Source: an uncultured Planctomycetia bacterium (GTDB lineage Bacteria; Omnitrophota; Gorgyraeia; Duberdicusellales; 4484-171). Taken from it: DNA of 64,000 nt. The notes beneath the pieces are model-generated. The model searched no databases. It saw only the letters and a list, made by a program, of their open reading frames with translations, and had not been told where the DNA came from. Location: contig CAZAYU010000001.1 in NCBI GenBank assembly GCA_964489445.1, positions 375,968 to 439,967 of the forward strand. The letters run 5' to 3'. Both the position numbers and the translations under genes were made by a program. Below are positions 1 to 9,742 of this stretch, one piece after another. The number at the start of each line of letters is the position of its first letter. The stretch's first letter is position 1.

Positions 1-2
1 AT

Positions 3-287
3 AGCCATTTCCCTTATGGAACAATCGTTGTTAACATTCTAGGCTGCTTTTTAATTGGTTTACTCAATGGATACGCTGATAGTCTAGGAATATTTTCTTC
101 AAGAATACGTCTTTTTTTATTTATTGGCCTTTTAGGCGGATTCACAACTTTCTCTGCTTTTAGTTATGAAACTTTTACTCTATTACGCAACCAAGAACTA
201 TCAACTGCATTCCTTAATATTATTTTAAATATTCTACTGTGCTTATTATTTGTATACTGCGGATACGCAATTCCTACACACAACTAA
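3..287 (+). CDS. crcB: Fluoride ion channel CrcB/FluC, 5'-truncated by the window edge
   Basis: Hand translation of plus frame 3 gives ...GTIVVNILGCFLIGLL...GLLGGFTTFSAFSYE...CGYAIPTHN*, which matches CrcB signature motifs. Stop is at 285-287. It is absent from the ORF track because it lacks an in-window start. Confidence 0.75.
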   Translation, partial: SHFPYGTIVVNILGCFLIGLLNGYADSLGIFSSRIRLFLFIGLLGGFTTFSAFSYETFTLLRNQELSTAFLNIILNILLCLLFVYCGYAIPTHN

Positions 288-329
288 AAGAAAATAGAAC
301 AGATAGCCTTTCGTCGCAAGCCATCAACA

Positions 330-1253
330 TTATTTAAAATAATCGTGCACTACCATTCTATGATCAAATGCAATTTCTTTTGGTAAATTATCCAGCTTAA
401 ATACTTTTGCAGATTGAGCGTCCGAGCCAGCTAACAGCTTTCCTTTACCTTCACCAGAAAAAACAACCGATGCAGTATGAAAACGAGGATCTCTTACCCT
501 TTCGGAATAAACTTTAAACTGACTAAACCGTACAAAATCTAAATTAGTTTCTTCTTTTATCTCTCTGGCTACTGCTGCTTCTGCGCTCTCACCATAGTCA
601 ACAAACCCTCCGGGTAGGGCCCAGCCAAAAGGAGGATTACTCCGCTTAACCATCACAATACCTGTTTGAAATTTAATGATTCCATCTACCGTTAAAAAAG
701 GACCTTGGTTTGTTTTTTTAACCATATATTTCAGATATTTATTAAAATTTCGCTCAAAATCTCTTAATGCTTTTGACGAATAAAGATAAACTACTATCCT
801 CTCCAGTGTTGGCTTCTTAATTTCTCTGGTATACTTAAATACCTCCTGAGCAATTATCTTAGCCGCTGTGTGATAGCTAAATCCACCAGTACCACACCCT
901 AAAGCACAAAAAGCAATAGACGTAATTTTATTTTTTTGTGCACACTTTAAAGCAGAATAAGCAGCTTGGCGAATAATTTCTGGGCTAGTCCTAAAATCCA
1001 TTTTCATAGTCACCGAATGAATCACGTACTTAACTTTTAGCTTTCCAGCTTTAGTAATAATAGATTCTCCTACATTTAATGGACCCTTAGCAACTGCCTC
1101 TTTTTCAATTTCTTTTCCACCTTTTTGCTTAATGACTCCGGCAACCCCTCCACCCATAAAAAATCGGTTATTCGCCGCATTTACTATTGCTTCTGTATCT
1201 GCGGTAGTAATATCCCCTTGAATAACCGCAACGTCTATTCCATTTAGTTTCAT
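330..1253 (-). CDS. Macro domain / NUDIX hydrolase fusion protein (ADP-ribose processing)
   Basis: The N-terminal ~170 aa resemble a macro domain (DVAVIQGDITT...AIVNAANN...GGGVAG). The C-terminus carries a Nudix box (GWALPGGFVDYGESAEAAVAREIKEETNL). Confidence 0.8.
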   Translation of the reverse strand: MKLNGIDVAVIQGDITTADTEAIVNAANNRFFMGGGVAGVIKQKGGKEIEKEAVAKGPLNVGESIITKAGKLKVKYVIHSVTMKMDFRTSPEIIRQAAYSALKCAQKNKITSIAFCALGCGTGGFSYHTAAKIIAQEVFKYTREIKKPTLERIVVYLYSSKALRDFERNFNKYLKYMVKKTNQGPFLTVDGIIKFQTGIVMVKRSNPPFGWALPGGFVDYGESAEAAVAREIKEETNLDFVRFSQFKVYSERVRDPRFHTASVVFSGEGKGKLLAGSDAQSAKVFKLDNLPKEIAFDHRMVVHDYFK

Positions 1254-1272
1254 CTTCTCCTCCTGTAATTTC

Positions 1273-2757
1273 CTATTTTATTCGTTTTTTATGCATCTTT
1301 TTCGTATTTTTATGCTTTACTGCTGCCTGATGCTGATTAGCAATTGTTCTGGCTATTTTGTAAACATCTTTTTTATTACTCACAATGCCTAGAGCCTGCT
1401 CCTCTTGAACTGCTTTTAAAATTTTACCGACTAGAGGCCCACTCTCTATTTTAAGCTTTTTCATTAGCCAATGGCCATCTATTATTTTCTTCAAAGAAGT
1501 TTGTTTTTGCAAAGAAAAATACATCTCTGCTAAGTTGATCATTACCCTTTCATATTTTTTTCTTCGCTGCTCAGTAATCAGCGGCCCACGCGTTGCTCGC
1601 CAATCAGACAGCGAAAGCAACACCACAGAAATTCCTTCATTCTGAGTATCCCGAAAAAAACGATATACTGCCCTAGAAGTCAACGGAGTTTGTCCGGCTA
1701 AGTACCCTGGACGTAAATGCCAAAAAACAAGCTTCTTTAGCAGCTCCTTCTCTTTAGATGCAAACTTCAGCGAGTCAGCAATTTCCTCAGATAAGTCACG
1801 CCCGATTTTTTCATGAGAATAAAATACCATTTTTCCTTTAACATTTTTTTTAGCTGAAGGCTTACCGATATCGTGCAAAATACAAGCTAGCTTAATAATC
1901 TGAACACGTCGTCTTCCTGAAGATATTTTCTCTTCTAAATAAGAAAATATTTTGCTATTCTTTAGCTTTTGTTTTCGATACAATAATTCAAACTTTTTTA
2001 GTGTTTCTAAAGAATGACTCCATACATCGAGGTGATGGTAATCACCCTGAGATAATCCACGAGCTTTAGTGATAGCCGGAATAAACTCATCTATTATTCT
2101 TGTCTCATCCATAAGTTTAATTGCTTTAAAAGAGTCAACTGACCGTAATATTTTAAATAACTCTTCGGTTATTCTCTCCGGAGAAACATCATTAATCATT
2201 TTTTTATACCGCTTCATAGCTTCGAGAGTCTTTGCTTCAATACGAAATCCATAATTCGCAAAAATCGAAAACCCCCGTAAAATCCTTAAAGGATCATGTA
2301 AGATAGCTTCTTTTCGGGTAGTTATTAATAACTTCCGATTTAAATCCTTGCGAGCACCCCAGTAATCAATTATTTTTTTTCGCTTCGCCCTTAGGTCTAC
2401 TGCCAAACTATTAATCGAAAAATCACGTAAAGATAGATCATCGGAAATAGTCTTTCCACGGATTAACGTAAAATCATAAGTATAGATTATTTTTCTTTTT
2501 TTCAAAATTACACGAAAACTCTGATTCTGCTTATCCAAGACAATATATTTAGCGTTAATCTTTCGAGCAAACTCTCCAGCGAAGGAGCTTGCTTTTTTCT
2601 CAATGCAAAAATCAAAGTCGGTAAGATGTTTGTCAACCTTCAGGTAAGCATCTCTCAAAAACCCTCCTACTAACCAAATATTAATCTTTTTATGATTAGC
2701 AATTTGGCTAATTAACTTGCAATAAGGAATTCTCTTTAGGGATAATGAAATATTCAT
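1273..2757 (-). CDS. cca: CCA-adding tRNA nucleotidyltransferase / poly(A) polymerase family with C-terminal HD domain
   Basis: Class II nucleotidyltransferase head motif (LVGGFLRDAYL) and an HD motif (ILHDIGKP). Confidence 0.8.
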   Translation of the reverse strand: MNISLSLKRIPYCKLISQIANHKKINIWLVGGFLRDAYLKVDKHLTDFDFCIEKKASSFAGEFARKINAKYIVLDKQNQSFRVILKKRKIIYTYDFTLIRGKTISDDLSLRDFSINSLAVDLRAKRKKIIDYWGARKDLNRKLLITTRKEAILHDPLRILRGFSIFANYGFRIEAKTLEAMKRYKKMINDVSPERITEELFKILRSVDSFKAIKLMDETRIIDEFIPAITKARGLSQGDYHHLDVWSHSLETLKKFELLYRKQKLKNSKIFSYLEEKISSGRRRVQIIKLACILHDIGKPSAKKNVKGKMVFYSHEKIGRDLSEEIADSLKFASKEKELLKKLVFWHLRPGYLAGQTPLTSRAVYRFFRDTQNEGISVVLLSLSDWRATRGPLITEQRRKKYERVMINLAEMYFSLQKQTSLKKIIDGHWLMKKLKIESGPLVGKILKAVQEEQALGIVSNKKDVYKIARTIANQHQAAVKHKNTKKMHKKRIK

Positions 2758-2841
2758 TAGATTACTAGAATTTTTAGTCTTTACTGTTATTCCCTGTCAC
2801 TTTTCTAAATAAGTTTATATTTATCCAAAAGGTAAGAAGCA

Positions 2842-3297
2842 CTAAAACGAAATTACTTCTGTATCCAAACTTTCTAAATCTAAAATCGCTAATGTGGATT
2901 TTCCCCTTAGCCAGCCACCAGTTTCACCTGGATTAATCAATAGCTTATTTCCTTTGTCTATGCTCGGTTTATGGGTATGCCCAAACAACACTATATCTGC
3001 GCTACAATTCTTAAATTCATGAACAACAGCAATTTTCCTTGAATTAAAATTTAAAAAGTACGGTGGTTTATAGATCCGCCCTTCTGACTCCTTTAACAAC
3101 GCATTTCTGTCTCCATCGTTATTACCAAAAACGCCACACCATTGGCAATTGATTTTTTGTAATGGCTTAATTGAAAAAGGCGCAACATAATCACCACAAT
3201 GAATTAAAAAATTGACATTCTGTTCGTTCAGGATTTTAACTGCTTTTTTAATTTTAACAAGATTATCGTGCGTATCTGAAATAATACCTATTTTCAT
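2842..3297 (-). CDS. YfcE/MJ0936-family metallophosphoesterase
   Basis: GIISDTHDN...HCGDYV...GNND...GHTH metallophosphatase motifs. Confidence 0.75.
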   Translation of the reverse strand: MKIGIISDTHDNLVKIKKAVKILNEQNVNFLIHCGDYVAPFSIKPLQKINCQWCGVFGNNDGDRNALLKESEGRIYKPPYFLNFNSRKIAVVHEFKNCSADIVLFGHTHKPSIDKGNKLLINPGETGGWLRGKSTLAILDLESLDTEVISF

Positions 3298-3612
3298 TTT
3301 CCCTCTTAAGCTTAAGACATTGTAAGTTATTAAATAAATCAGCTTCTTCTTTAATTTTTAAAAACATTTTCCAAAAGCAGCCTCTTTGATAAAAATCAGA
3401 TATTTATTTTCTATTGATAATCCAGCACTAACAGAAAATCGGGCGTCAGTCATTTTAATCGAAGACATTAAATTGCAGGCTAAAATAACAAGGCTAGTTA
3501 AAACAACTATTTTTTATCCTAATTACTAATGCTTTATTTTTATCCGATAGCAATGTCAGTTTTATATTCTCTTATTTTGCCATTTTCGCAATAGCAAAAT
3601 AAAGCATTTATT

Positions 3613-4074
3613 TTATTTATTCTTCCTGCCAAAAACTCCTTTGAGCTCGCGCATAAATTGGTTCACATCTTTGAACTGACGATAGACTGAAGCAAATCTC
3701 ACATAGGCCACATCATCTAACTGTGATAACTTTTCCATTAATAGCTCACCAATATACTCTGTCTTAACCTCTTGCTCAAATCTTTTTTGCAGCTCTAACT
3801 CAACACTTTGTGATATTAACTCTAGCTCTTCAATGCTTATTTCTCGTTTTTCACAAGCTTTAACTAGCCCATTAATTATTTTCTGATGGTTGAACGACTC
3901 TCTTCTTCCATCCTTCTTAATCACCATCAGCGTGGTCTTTTCTATATGCTCATAAGTAGTAAACCGCCTACCGCACTGTAAACACTCTCTGCGTCTACGT
4001 ACTACTGACCCTTCTGATGCTTCGCGGGAATCAGTAACCTTATCTTCATTATGATTACAATAAGGACACTTCAT
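3613..4074 (-). CDS. nrdR: Transcriptional repressor NrdR
   Basis: MKCPYCNHNEDKVTDSR zinc ribbon followed by an ATP-cone; size 153 aa. Confidence 0.9.
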   Translation of the reverse strand: MKCPYCNHNEDKVTDSREASEGSVVRRRRECLQCGRRFTTYEHIEKTTLMVIKKDGRRESFNHQKIINGLVKACEKREISIEELELISQSVELELQKRFEQEVKTEYIGELLMEKLSQLDDVAYVRFASVYRQFKDVNQFMRELKGVFGRKNK

Positions 4075-4122
4075 TTTTTTTTGCCTTATTTTTAGCCTTT
4101 TCTAAAATTTGTTTATGAATTA

Positions 4123-4632
4123 TCATTTTTCCTTCCGATAAAGCAAGAGCTTAGCCGGAGACAAGTTAATATTTTTATTTTTAATTTTCGCTTTATTTAA
4201 TAACTCTAAAGCCATTTTATCCGGATAACTACAGGCAGAAATTACTTTTATTATCCCGGCATTAATAATCATTTTGGCACAAATAGCGCAAGGAGTATTA
4301 GTAATATATATTAAACTATCCTGTGTAGATATTCCGTGACAAGCTGCCTGCAAAATTACATTTTGCTCCGCATGCAAGCCACGACATATTTCATGCCGTT
4401 GCCCAGAAGGCACATTTAACTTTTCCCTTAAGCATCCGGAAACATCACAATGATCTATACCTCTAGGAGCTCCATTATATCCTGTAGCAAGAATCTGACA
4501 ATTTTTAACTAATACTGCACCAACTTTCCTTCTCAAACATGTAGAGCGCTCACTAATCAAAAACGCTACCTTCATAAAATAATCATCCCAGCTAGGGCGT
4601 TTAATTTTTATTTTCTTTTTCTTCATTTTCAT
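4123..4632 (-). CDS. dCMP deaminase (ComEB-like cytidine/deoxycytidylate deaminase)
   Basis: RPSWDDYFM...HAEQN...[14 protein letters not shown] zinc-binding deaminase motifs. The start may lie downstream of the annotated one; the ORF overlaps glyA by 4 nt. Confidence 0.8.
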   Translation of the reverse strand: MKMKKKKIKIKRPSWDDYFMKVAFLISERSTCLRRKVGAVLVKNCQILATGYNGAPRGIDHCDVSGCLREKLNVPSGQRHEICRGLHAEQNVILQAACHGISTQDSLIYITNTPCAICAKMIINAGIIKVISACSYPDKMALELLNKAKIKNKNINLSPAKLLLYRKEK

Positions 4633-5942
4633 TTTATTTCCTCATAAAGAGGAAATTTTTTTGTGAATTCAATAACTTGCTCAGTAATATCTTGTGATTT
4701 TCCCAGATTGTCTTTGTTCTCTAACGCTTGATTAATAAGCTCAACAATTATTTCAATTTCTGATTCTTTCATACCTCTGGTAGTAATTGCCGGCGTTCCA
4801 ATCCTAATACCACTGGAAATTACTGGCGGTTGAGAATCAAACGGAATAAGGTTTTTATTAACAGTAATATTAACCTTACCTAAAATAGCAGTCATTTCTT
4901 TGCCACTAACTCCTTTGGAGCGTAAATCTACAAGAAAAAGATGGTTATCAGTCCCTCCACTAACTATACGATATCCTTTTTCGCCCATTAGTCGGGAAAA
5001 CTTCTGAGCATTATTAATAACTTGCTGTTGATAATTAGCAAAGTCCTTGCCCAATGCTAACCCAAAAGCAACGGCTTTCGCAGCGATAACATGCATTAAC
5101 GGTCCTCCCTGAATTCCCGGAAAAACCGCAGTATTAATTTTTTTAGCAAATTCTTTTCGAGCTAATATAAAGCCACCACGCGGCCCTCTTAAAGTTTTGT
5201 GCGTAGTTGAAGTTACAAATTCTGCATACTCACAGGGATTAGGATGTAACCCGGCAGCAACTAATCCCGCAAAATGAGCCATATCTACTAATAAATAAGC
5301 ACCTACTTTATCTGCAATATCCCGAAATCGTTTAAAATCAAATTTACGAGGATAAGCGCTAGCTCCAGCAATAATCATCTTCGGTTTATGCTGTTCGGCA
5401 AGCTGTGCAATCTCTTCATAATCTAATACTTCAGTCTCCTTGTTAACCCCGTAAGGAATAATGTTATAAATTTTTCCACTAAAATTTAAAGGATGCCCGT
5501 GAGACAAATGCCCACCACAAGCTAAGTCCATAGATAAAATAGTATCTCCTGGATTTAGCATCGCTAGCATTACTGCCATATTTGCTTGCGTACCAGAATG
5601 CGGTTGAACATTAGCATACTCAGCACCAAACAACGATTTAACCCTTTCTCTGGCTAATTCTTCTACCTCATCAACAAACTCACAGCCTCCATACCACCGC
5701 GCCTTCGGATACCCTTCGGCATATTTATTTGTTAAAACCGAGCCTTGCGCTTCAATAACCGACCAAGGGGCAAAATTTTCACTGGCAATTAATTCAAGAT
5801 GTTCTTTCTGCCGTTTTAGCTCTCTTGCTATGCTCTCATACACAGGTAAGTCGATTTTTTTTAGTTCTTCTAGCATTTCTTTTCCTCCAGGTATACTCCG
5901 CAGGTATAACCACAGATTATACCTGGTTACAACGATTATCAA
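4629..5942 (-). CDS. glyA: Serine hydroxymethyltransferase
   Basis: Full-length SHMT similarity, including the [15 protein letters not shown]-lysine region. Confidence 0.95.
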   Translation of the reverse strand: MIIVVTRYNLWLYLRSIPGGKEMLEELKKIDLPVYESIARELKRQKEHLELIASENFAPWSVIEAQGSVLTNKYAEGYPKARWYGGCEFVDEVEELARERVKSLFGAEYANVQPHSGTQANMAVMLAMLNPGDTILSMDLACGGHLSHGHPLNFSGKIYNIIPYGVNKETEVLDYEEIAQLAEQHKPKMIIAGASAYPRKFDFKRFRDIADKVGAYLLVDMAHFAGLVAAGLHPNPCEYAEFVTSTTHKTLRGPRGGFILARKEFAKKINTAVFPGIQGGPLMHVIAAKAVAFGLALGKDFANYQQQVINNAQKFSRLMGEKGYRIVSGGTDNHLFLVDLRSKGVSGKEMTAILGKVNITVNKNLIPFDSQPPVISSGIRIGTPAITTRGMKESEIEIIVELINQALENKDNLGKSQDITEQVIEFTKKFPLYEEIK

Positions 5943-6030
5943 TGGATTACAAAGATTAATTTTTAATCGCTGTAATCATTTCTTTCATCTCTATAATCAA
6001 GGCATCCGGTGGTTCTTCGTTGCCGAATGC

Positions 6031-6477
6031 CTATCCTTCCTTTATTTCAATATCTTTTATTTTACGTAAGCGCCGCGAATGCCTTCCTCCTTCAAAGTCT
6101 TCGTTCAACCATCGCGACACAACCCTTTTAATATAATCCACCTTGAGAAAACAAGAAGGCAACACCAAAACATTACTATTATTGTGTCGACGGGACATAT
6201 AAGCGCTTTTTAAATTATATGCTAAAGCAGCTCTTATTCCCTTTACCTTGTTAGCAGCGATACAACTTCCTATCCCGGTATAACAAATAACAATGGCCAT
6301 CTCTGCTTCATTACCCTTTACAGCCAAAACAGCTGGGTATATATAATCGGGGTAATCACAGGAATCAGTAGAATGTGTGCCAAAGTCTAGCACAGTATCG
6401 CCTCGCAGCTCTAAATATTTTGATAATATATTTTTTAACTTAAAGCCTCGATGATCACTCGCTAATGCTATCTTCAT
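6031..6477 (-). CDS. rpiB: Ribose-5-phosphate isomerase B
   Basis: MKIALASDHRGFKLK N-terminus; RpiB/LacAB family; 148 aa. Confidence 0.9.
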   Translation of the reverse strand: MKIALASDHRGFKLKNILSKYLELRGDTVLDFGTHSTDSCDYPDYIYPAVLAVKGNEAEMAIVICYTGIGSCIAANKVKGIRAALAYNLKSAYMSRRHNNSNVLVLPSCFLKVDYIKRVVSRWLNEDFEGGRHSRRLRKIKDIEIKEG

Positions 6478-6614
6478 TTAATTCTCCCCATCATTTAAAC
6501 ATTGTGAATACTTTATTTAGCTCCTAAAAAACTACACTAAATTAATTATACTATACATTTCTAATCTCTGAAATCTATCTTTTACTGTTATAATCATGAC
6601 CAACTCTTAGAAAA

Positions 6615-7688
6615 TTAAAGCCAATCTTTCAACTCTAAAACCGCTTCCTTGATTAAAGAATAAACGTTTTCGTAAGTTTCGTAACTTCCAGCTATTGGAT
6701 CAGGGATATCTCTCTCTAAACCAGGCGAAAGAAACTTTTTTAGATTAAATACTCTCCCTTCAATGGTTGGTTCAAGCTTTAAAAGATGGTTCTTTTGAGC
6801 GTCTTCCATCGTAAAAATTAAATCTGAGGAAAGAAGTGTGTATCTATCTAACCGTTTAGAAAAAAACCTTCGCGCATCAATACTTTCTTCGTCCTTTAAA
6901 ATGCTCACTACTGAGTCTGAAGCGCTTAATCCAAAAACAGCAGATATCCCACGAGAAATTATCTCGTACCTATCCAAAAAATAAGTTCTTTCCCGACTTA
7001 AATATTTATCCAGCATTAACTGCGCCAAAGGCGAACGACAGGTATTTCCAGTGCATACAAATAGTATTCTTTTCCTGGTAAATATTTTTGCCATATCACT
7101 TTCTAAAACCACTCCTTCTCTCAGTAATTTAAAGGGGCCTGTTGTTAGGTCTAAAACTGTTGATGGTTGTGAACAAATACACTCTCCACCATCAACAATC
7201 AGATCAATCGCTCCATCAAAGGAATCTTCAACCTCAGAAATAGCTATCGGATCTTTCTCCCCGCTAATATTAGCAGAAGGTAAAAAGACCGCTTTTTCTA
7301 CTTTTTTTAGTATTTCTTCAGCAATTATATTAGAAGGAACTCTAATTCCTATTTTCTTTTCACTGAATCCGCGCTGATAATAAACAAGTGTCAACGGACC
7401 TGGCCAAAACTTTTCTATTAGTCGATACCCAAACGGAGGTAACACGTCTAAATAATTGTTTACTGCATCATCCTTACTCCCCAAAGCAAAAGAAAATGGT
7501 TTATCCCGAGACCGTTTTTTTATCGAGTATAATCTGTCAACTGCACACTGTTTATCAGCCAAAACAGCTAACCCGTATACAGTCTCTGTGGGAAGAGCAA
7601 CAATGCCTCCATCGAGAATAATTTTTGCGGCTTTATCTATCAAAGCATAATCAATGCTCTGAGAGTTAATGACAACTTTTGATAGCAT
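6615..7688 (-). CDS. tsaC: L-threonylcarbamoyladenylate synthase (TsaC/YwlC/YrdC domain) fused to a low-molecular-weight protein tyrosine/arginine phosphatase domain
   Basis: N-terminal YrdC fold (ALPTETVYGL...). C-terminal LMW-PTP with a CX5R P-loop (LFVCTGNTCRSP) and a DP motif (DIPDP). Confidence 0.85.
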   Translation of the reverse strand: MLSKVVINSQSIDYALIDKAAKIILDGGIVALPTETVYGLAVLADKQCAVDRLYSIKKRSRDKPFSFALGSKDDAVNNYLDVLPPFGYRLIEKFWPGPLTLVYYQRGFSEKKIGIRVPSNIIAEEILKKVEKAVFLPSANISGEKDPIAISEVEDSFDGAIDLIVDGGECICSQPSTVLDLTTGPFKLLREGVVLESDMAKIFTRKRILFVCTGNTCRSPLAQLMLDKYLSRERTYFLDRYEIISRGISAVFGLSASDSVVSILKDEESIDARRFFSKRLDRYTLLSSDLIFTMEDAQKNHLLKLEPTIEGRVFNLKKFLSPGLERDIPDPIAGSYETYENVYSLIKEAVLELKDWL

Positions 7689-7754
7689 AAACTACAGTAA
7701 AAAAATATACCTTTAAAATCGCTGAACTTCCACTAGCTACTTGCAAGCGGAAGA

Positions 7755-8210
7755 TTACTTAAACATTTCTTTGATTTTTCTTAGTTTCGGTTGATACTGC
7801 TTATCGCTTAAAGAAAGGATTTCTAAAGAAAATATTATCGCGTTCAAAAAAGCACTTTTACCTATTCCTGTAGAAGATAATCCAATGCCCCGGGGAATAC
7901 TAACAATAGCAAATAAAGCATCCAGCCCGTCTAAGATTCCTCCCTTTAAAGCAACCCCAATAACCGGAATATCGGTATAAGAGGCAATAAACCCAGGCAA
8001 AGCACAAGCCATTCCCGCACAAGCAATTACTACTTTGAAGCCTTTCTTATTTAATTCTTGAGAAAACTTCCTTAATTTTTCCGGATTACGATGAGCAGAA
8101 ATAACTTCTAAACAACAATCAATCTTTAATTTTTTAAGTATTTTCAGCCCTTCTTCCAATTGGGCAAGATCATTTTTACTTCCCAAGACAATAGCGATTT
8201 TTGCAGACAT
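7755..8210 (-). CDS. purE: N5-carboxyaminoimidazole ribonucleotide mutase
   Basis: PurE family similarity (IAIVLGSKNDL..., ACAGMA...LPG). Confidence 0.9.
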   Translation of the reverse strand: MSAKIAIVLGSKNDLAQLEEGLKILKKLKIDCCLEVISAHRNPEKLRKFSQELNKKGFKVVIACAGMACALPGFIASYTDIPVIGVALKGGILDGLDALFAIVSIPRGIGLSSTGIGKSAFLNAIIFSLEILSLSDKQYQPKLRKIKEMFK

Positions 8211-8375
8211 AATATGCTCCTTTTTTTTTGTTAGTTTGTCACTCTTACTTTGACATTTTATCTCTTAAATTAAAAAATTCAATCTCTTATTTTCGCAAAC
8301 TATAGCAACATTGTTAATAGCGACTCGACGCAAAATAGATTTTTTTGAGAATTTGGATTTAACTCTTGAAGAAAT

Positions 8376-9686
8376 CTAAAGAGTAGATTTTAAAAAACTT
8401 TTACTTAAGGCCTTATTTCCTATATCTCGACGATAAACCATTCCATCGAATTTTATATTCTTTATACTTCTGTACACCTTATCTTGAGCATCCTTCAAGT
8501 TTTCGCCTAAGGCAACTACATTCAAAACTCTACCTCCATCCGTGATAAAGCAAGGCTGATTAGAATCGATACCCGGTATAGTTTTTGTACCTGCATGGAA
8601 CATTAACGTTCCATCGTCTAGAGCAAAACTATTCAATCCGTATATTTCCTTCCCTTTTTTATAATTACTAGGATATCCTTCAGAAGCCAAAACAACACAC
8701 ACGGAAGAATCAGTATTCCACTCTAACTCTAAATTATCCAAGCGTCCCTGAATTGTTCTGAGCATAATATCCACTAAATCACTTTTTAATTTTGGTAAAA
8801 TAGCTTGTGTTTCTGGATCACCAAATCTTACGTTGAATTCCAAAACACTAGGCTCATCGTCTTTAATCATCAATCCGGCATAAATTATTCCGGTATATAT
8901 TTTTCCTTCTTCTCTTAATCCATTAATTAAAGGAATAAATACCTTATTAATCACGGATTGAAAACACTCTTTACTTACCAAAGATGCAGGAGAATAAGCA
9001 CCCATTCCTCCAGTATTCAATCCCTTATCATTATCGAGTGCTCGTTTATGATCTTGAGAGGTAACTAGCGGAACTATTGAAGAGCCATCAGAAAAAGCCA
9101 AAATAGAAACTTCATCTCCCTGCAAACAGTCCTCAACAATTATTGTTTCTCCGGCTGACTTAAATACTCTGTCCACCATAATTAAATCTACCGCCCCACA
9201 AGCCTGTTCTGCAGATTCACAGACTATAACACCTTTTCCGGCAGCTAATCCATCAGCTTTTACTACTAAAGGCACACTACGGCTTTTAATGTACTTTTTT
9301 GCCTCTAAGGAATCAGAAAAGGCTTTAAAACCAGCCGTAGGAATTCCATACTTACGCATTGTTTTTTTAGCAAATGTTTTGCTCCCTTCCAACAACGCTA
9401 ATTCCTTTCTCGGCCCAAAGATTGCTAATCCTTTATCTTGAAAAATATCGACAATACCTTCTACCAAGGGAATTTCCGGACCAACAACAGTCAAATCTAT
9501 TTTTCTCTCTTCTGCAAACCGAGCAAGCCCGTTAATATCTAACGGACTAATATCCACATTCTGAGCAATCACGCTTGTCCCACCATTTCCAGGAGCACAA
9601 TACACCTTATCCACCAATGGAGATTGAGAAATCTTCCAAACTAAACAATGCTCTCTTCCTCCTGAACCAATAACTAAAACTTTCAT
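8376..9686 (-). CDS. purD: Phosphoribosylamine-glycine ligase
   Basis: MKVLVIGSGGREHCL N-terminus; ATP-grasp; 436 aa. Confidence 0.95.
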   Translation of the reverse strand: MKVLVIGSGGREHCLVWKISQSPLVDKVYCAPGNGGTSVIAQNVDISPLDINGLARFAEERKIDLTVVGPEIPLVEGIVDIFQDKGLAIFGPRKELALLEGSKTFAKKTMRKYGIPTAGFKAFSDSLEAKKYIKSRSVPLVVKADGLAAGKGVIVCESAEQACGAVDLIMVDRVFKSAGETIIVEDCLQGDEVSILAFSDGSSIVPLVTSQDHKRALDNDKGLNTGGMGAYSPASLVSKECFQSVINKVFIPLINGLREEGKIYTGIIYAGLMIKDDEPSVLEFNVRFGDPETQAILPKLKSDLVDIMLRTIQGRLDNLELEWNTDSSVCVVLASEGYPSNYKKGKEIYGLNSFALDDGTLMFHAGTKTIPGIDSNQPCFITDGGRVLNVVALGENLKDAQDKVYRSIKNIKFDGMVYRRDIGNKALSKSFLKSTL

Positions 9687-9742
9687 TTTTAAAACTCCAA
9701 AAGTTAAAAAACGCCCTTATTTTTCTATCTTTAAGTATTAGA

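Noticed and set aside
2069-2254. Plus-strand ORFs embedded antisense in long minus-strand genes (2069-2254, 5830-6069, 7051-7650, 19131-19637, 22472-23049, 24027-24448, 27278-27823, 28138-28544, 30275-30910, 32137-32808 and others)
   Set aside because: They are low-complexity, overlap well-supported genes on the opposite strand and have no recognisable domains. They are typical antisense artefacts of AT-rich DNA.
3298-3612. 315-bp intergenic region downstream of nrdR containing a possible 31-aa ORF (minus strand, MTDARFSVSAGLSIENKYLIFIKEAAFGKCF) and weak hairpins
   Set aside because: No SD, no recognisable motif and short length. It is probably just the promoter region of the phosphoesterase gene, so I did not call a feature.
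8211-8375. Possible purine riboswitch or T-box leaders upstream of pur genes and aaRS genes
   Set aside because: None of the spacers (8211-8375, 17257-17301, 31318-31392, 47807-47849) carries the conserved purine-riboswitch or T-box sequence/structure blocks. Most are too short.
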